Shown one piece after another: positions 29,784 to 32,000 of a stretch of DNA of 32,000 nt. Where the stretch lies: positions 2,293,543 to 2,325,542 of the forward strand of contig NZ_CM001976.1 in the NCBI RefSeq assembly GCF_000406145.1. The letters run 5' to 3'. Source of the stretch: Dickeya dadantii NCPPB 898 (GTDB lineage Bacteria > Pseudomonadota > Gammaproteobacteria > Enterobacterales > Enterobacteriaceae). Made by a program: the position numbers and the translations under genes. The notes beneath the pieces were generated by a model. That model saw only the letters and a program-made list of their open reading frames with translations. It searched no databases and was not told where the DNA came from. Each line of letters starts with the position of its first letter. The stretch's first letter is position 1.

Positions 29784-30404
29784 ATGAGTCAGTTTTTCTA
29801 TATTCATCCGCAGAACCCGCAACCGAGATTGATCAATCAGACGGTGGAAATCCTGCATAAGGGCGGGGTGATTGTTTACCCCACCGATTCAGGGTACGCA
29901 CTCGGGTGCATGTTGGAAGATAAAGCGGCGATGGAGCGCATCTGTCGCATTCGCGATCTGGATCAGAACCACAACTTCACCCTGATGTGCCGCGATCTGT
30001 CGGAGTTGTCTTCTTACGCCTATGTGGATAACGCCGCGTTCCGGTTGATGAAGAATAATACTCCCGGCAATTACACCTTCATTCTCAAAGCGACCAAGGA
30101 AGTGCCGCGTCGCCTGATGAATGAGAAACGCAAAACCATCGGCATGCGCGTACCGTCCAACCCGATAGCGCTGGAACTGCTGGCGGCGTTGAATGAGCCG
30201 CTAATGTCGACCACGCTGATGCTGCCGGGCAATGACTTTGCCGAGTCCGATCCGGAAGAAATTCAGGAGCAGTTGGGCAAGCGGGTGGATTTGGTTATTC
30301 ACGGCGGTTTTTTGGGACAACAGCCCACCACGGTGATCGATCTGACCGAGTCCGTGCCGGTGGTGGTGCGTGAAGGCACCGGCGATGTGATGCCCTTCCT
30401 GTAA
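29784..30404 (+). CDS. yciO: Sua5/YrdC/YciO-family protein
   Basis: ORF 29655..30404 trimmed to ATG 29784, with AGAGGA 7 nt upstream. The 206-aa product MSQFFYIHPQNPQPRLINQTVEILHKGGVIVYPTDSGYALGC... has the same length and N-terminus as E. coli YciO. Confidence 0.94.
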   Translation: MSQFFYIHPQNPQPRLINQTVEILHKGGVIVYPTDSGYALGCMLEDKAAMERICRIRDLDQNHNFTLMCRDLSELSSYAYVDNAAFRLMKNNTPGNYTFILKATKEVPRRLMNEKRKTIGMRVPSNPIALELLAALNEPLMSTTLMLPGNDFAESDPEEIQEQLGKRVDLVIHGGFLGQQPTTVIDLTESVPVVVREGTGDVMPFL

Positions 30405-30493
30405 CGCCGAAACGCCGGTGATGGCGTTTACCAGGGCGTATTTATCGTTGTCAACATTTGGCATACAAACGGCACGAATCAAGGTATAATCGC

Positions 30494-30540
30494 GAAATTA
30501 TGCGTTAACTCTTTATTTTTTCATGAGTTAACGCGATTTC
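30494..30540 (+). other. extended inverted repeat in the rluB upstream/leader region
   Basis: GCGTTAACTC (30502-30511) and GAGTTAACGC (30525-30534) form a perfect 10-bp inverted repeat around a T-rich 13-nt loop. The stem is extended by GAAAT/ATTTC. It begins a few nt after a TATAAT hexamer (30485-30490). Confidence 0.5.
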
Positions 30541-30595
30541 TGGTCATCATGACATTCCCCCCGACGCCTGTGAAGGCGACATCAGAGGTTGCTCA

Positions 30596-31486
30596 ATGAG
30601 CGAAAAGCTACAGAAAGTGCTGGCGCGTGCAGGGCACGGTTCACGCCGCGAAATTGAAAGTATGATTGAAGCCGGGCGCATTAGCGTCGACGGCAAGATT
30701 GCCACGCTGGGGGACCGTGTCGAGGTTACCCGGGCGACCAAAATCCGTATCGACGGGCATGTGGTGTCGGTGCGCGAAACCGAAGAATCCGTGTGCCGTG
30801 TGCTGATGTATTACAAGCCGGAAGGGGAACTCTGTACCCGCAGCGACCCGGAAGGGCGACCAACGGTATTTGATCGTCTGCCGCGTATTCAGGGATACCG
30901 CTGGGTAGCGGTAGGGCGTCTGGATGTGAATACCTCCGGCCTGTTGCTATTTACGACTGACGGCGAGCTGGCGAATCGCCTGATGCACCCCAGTCGTGAA
31001 GTGGAACGTGAATACGCCGTGCGCGTGTTCGGCGAAGTGGGCGACGACAAAATCCGCCAACTGAGCAAAGGCGTACAACTGGAAGATGGTCCGGCGGCGT
31101 TCCGCTCGATCCGCTATCAGGGGGGCGAAGGGTTGAACCAATGGTACAACGTGACCCTGACCGAAGGCCGCAACCGCGAGGTACGTCGTTTGTGGGAAGC
31201 GGTCGACGTGCAGGTGAGCCGCCTGATTCGTGTGCGCTACGGCGACATTCAACTGCCGAAAGGGCTGCCGCGCGGCGGTTGGATGGAAATGGGACTGACC
31301 GACGTTAACTACCTGCGTGAGCTGGTGCAACTGACGCCGGAAACGGTCAGCAAATTGCCGGTGGAGCGCGAGCGGCGCCGGGTGAAAGCCAATCAGATCC
31401 GCCGTGCGGTGAAACGCCACAGCCAGGTAGGCGTCAGCAACCGCCCGGCTAGCGGTCGCCGTAGCGCGCCAAAACGCAACGGTTAA
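30596..31486 (+). CDS. rluB: 23S rRNA pseudouridine synthase B
   Basis: 296 aa. [21 protein letters not shown] (S4 domain)...[15 protein letters not shown] (catalytic Asp) and a basic C-terminal tail are collinear with E. coli RluB. Confidence 0.95.
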   Translation: MSEKLQKVLARAGHGSRREIESMIEAGRISVDGKIATLGDRVEVTRATKIRIDGHVVSVRETEESVCRVLMYYKPEGELCTRSDPEGRPTVFDRLPRIQGYRWVAVGRLDVNTSGLLLFTTDGELANRLMHPSREVEREYAVRVFGEVGDDKIRQLSKGVQLEDGPAAFRSIRYQGGEGLNQWYNVTLTEGRNREVRRLWEAVDVQVSRLIRVRYGDIQLPKGLPRGGWMEMGLTDVNYLRELVQLTPETVSKLPVERERRRVKANQIRRAVKRHSQVGVSNRPASGRRSAPKRNG

Positions 31487-31509
31487 GAGCGACTACGTTG
31501 CCGCCTAAT

Positions 31510-31529
31510 GCTGCGCCTGCGGGCGCAGC
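31510..31529. terminator. GC-rich hairpin between convergent rluB and the adenosyltransferase gene
   Basis: GCTGCGCC-TGCG-GGCGCAGC. There is no clear T-run on either side, so its function as a terminator is uncertain. Confidence 0.4.
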
Positions 31530-31555
31530 GTCATCCTTCCGTTGTTATTTGCCCC

Positions 31556-32000
31556 TCACCAGTCGATACCTTGCTGGGCCTGAATACCGGCATCAAAAGC
31601 GTGCTTCACCGGCCGCATTTCCGTCACCGTATCCGCCAGTTCCAGCACATCGCGATGGCAGCCTCGGCCGGTAACGATCACGCTCTGGTGCGCCGGGCGC
31701 TGTCGCAGGGCGGCAAGCACTTCGTCCAGCGGCAAATAGTCGTAGCTGAGCATGTAGGTCAATTCGTCAAGCACCACCAAATCAAGCGAGTCATCCGCCA
31801 GCATACGTAAGCCATGCTGCCAGACACGCCTGGCCGCGTCGGTATCGGTCTGGCGATTTTGGGTTTCCCAGGTAAAGCCGGTCGCCATCACCTGAAATTC
31901 CACCCCGTGTTGTTGCAGCAACTGTTTCTCGCCGTTCGGCCATTCGCCTTTGATAAACTGGATCACCCCCGCTTTCAGGCCGTGGCCCACCGCCCGGGTC
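31556..32000 (-). CDS. btuR: cob(I)yrinic acid a,c-diamide adenosyltransferase (5' end beyond window)
   Basis: The ORF runs open to the window edge. ...TRAVGHGLKAGVIQFIKGEWPNGE...VLDELTYM...VTGRGCHRDVLELADTVTEMRPVKHAFDAG is collinear with the C-terminal ~145 aa of E. coli BtuR/CobO. Confidence 0.9.
   Translation of the reverse strand, partial: TRAVGHGLKAGVIQFIKGEWPNGEKQLLQQHGVEFQVMATGFTWETQNRQTDTDAARRVWQHGLRMLADDSLDLVVLDELTYMLSYDYLPLDEVLAALRQRPAHQSVIVTGRGCHRDVLELADTVTEMRPVKHAFDAGIQAQQGIDW

Overview
This window looks like conserved chromosomal backbone of a Gammaproteobacterium in the Enterobacterales. Gene order matches, from memory, the E. coli K-12 tdk-adhE-ychE-oppABCDF-yciU-cls-yciY...yciI-tonB-yciA-yciB-yciC-ompW...trpABCDE-trpL-trpH-yciO-rluB-btuR region. 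A KdgM-family porin preceded by a KdgR-type operator, together with GC-rich codon usage, suggests a soft-rot Pectobacteriaceae genome such as Dickeya; this is inference only. Almost all long ORFs could be assigned by remembered homology and synteny, and several ORF-track starts were trimmed to the conserved N-termini. I also found a 58-codon yciY-like gene and a 24-codon trp leader peptide that are below the ORF-track cutoff, plus the trp promoter/TrpR operator, the trp attenuator, a tonB Fur box and several intrinsic terminators. I saw no rRNA, tRNA, CRISPR array, transposase, integrase, phage gene or recognisable defence or toxin-antitoxin module. I do not find convincing evidence for a previously undescribed multi-gene system. 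The non-backbone content is three single-gene differences from the E. coli layout: an orphan methyl-accepting chemotaxis protein where kch sits, a YkgJ-type cysteine-cluster protein upstream of ompW, and the KdgM-family porin with a very AT-rich upstream region where yciEFG sit. A few small non-coding oddities also deserve a modest second look. These are a 17-bp tandem array in a long convergent spacer, a 19-bp triplication of the yciY initiation region that creates overlapping uORFs, an 873-bp ychE-oppA spacer with a terminator-like hairpin, and an rluB leader hairpin.
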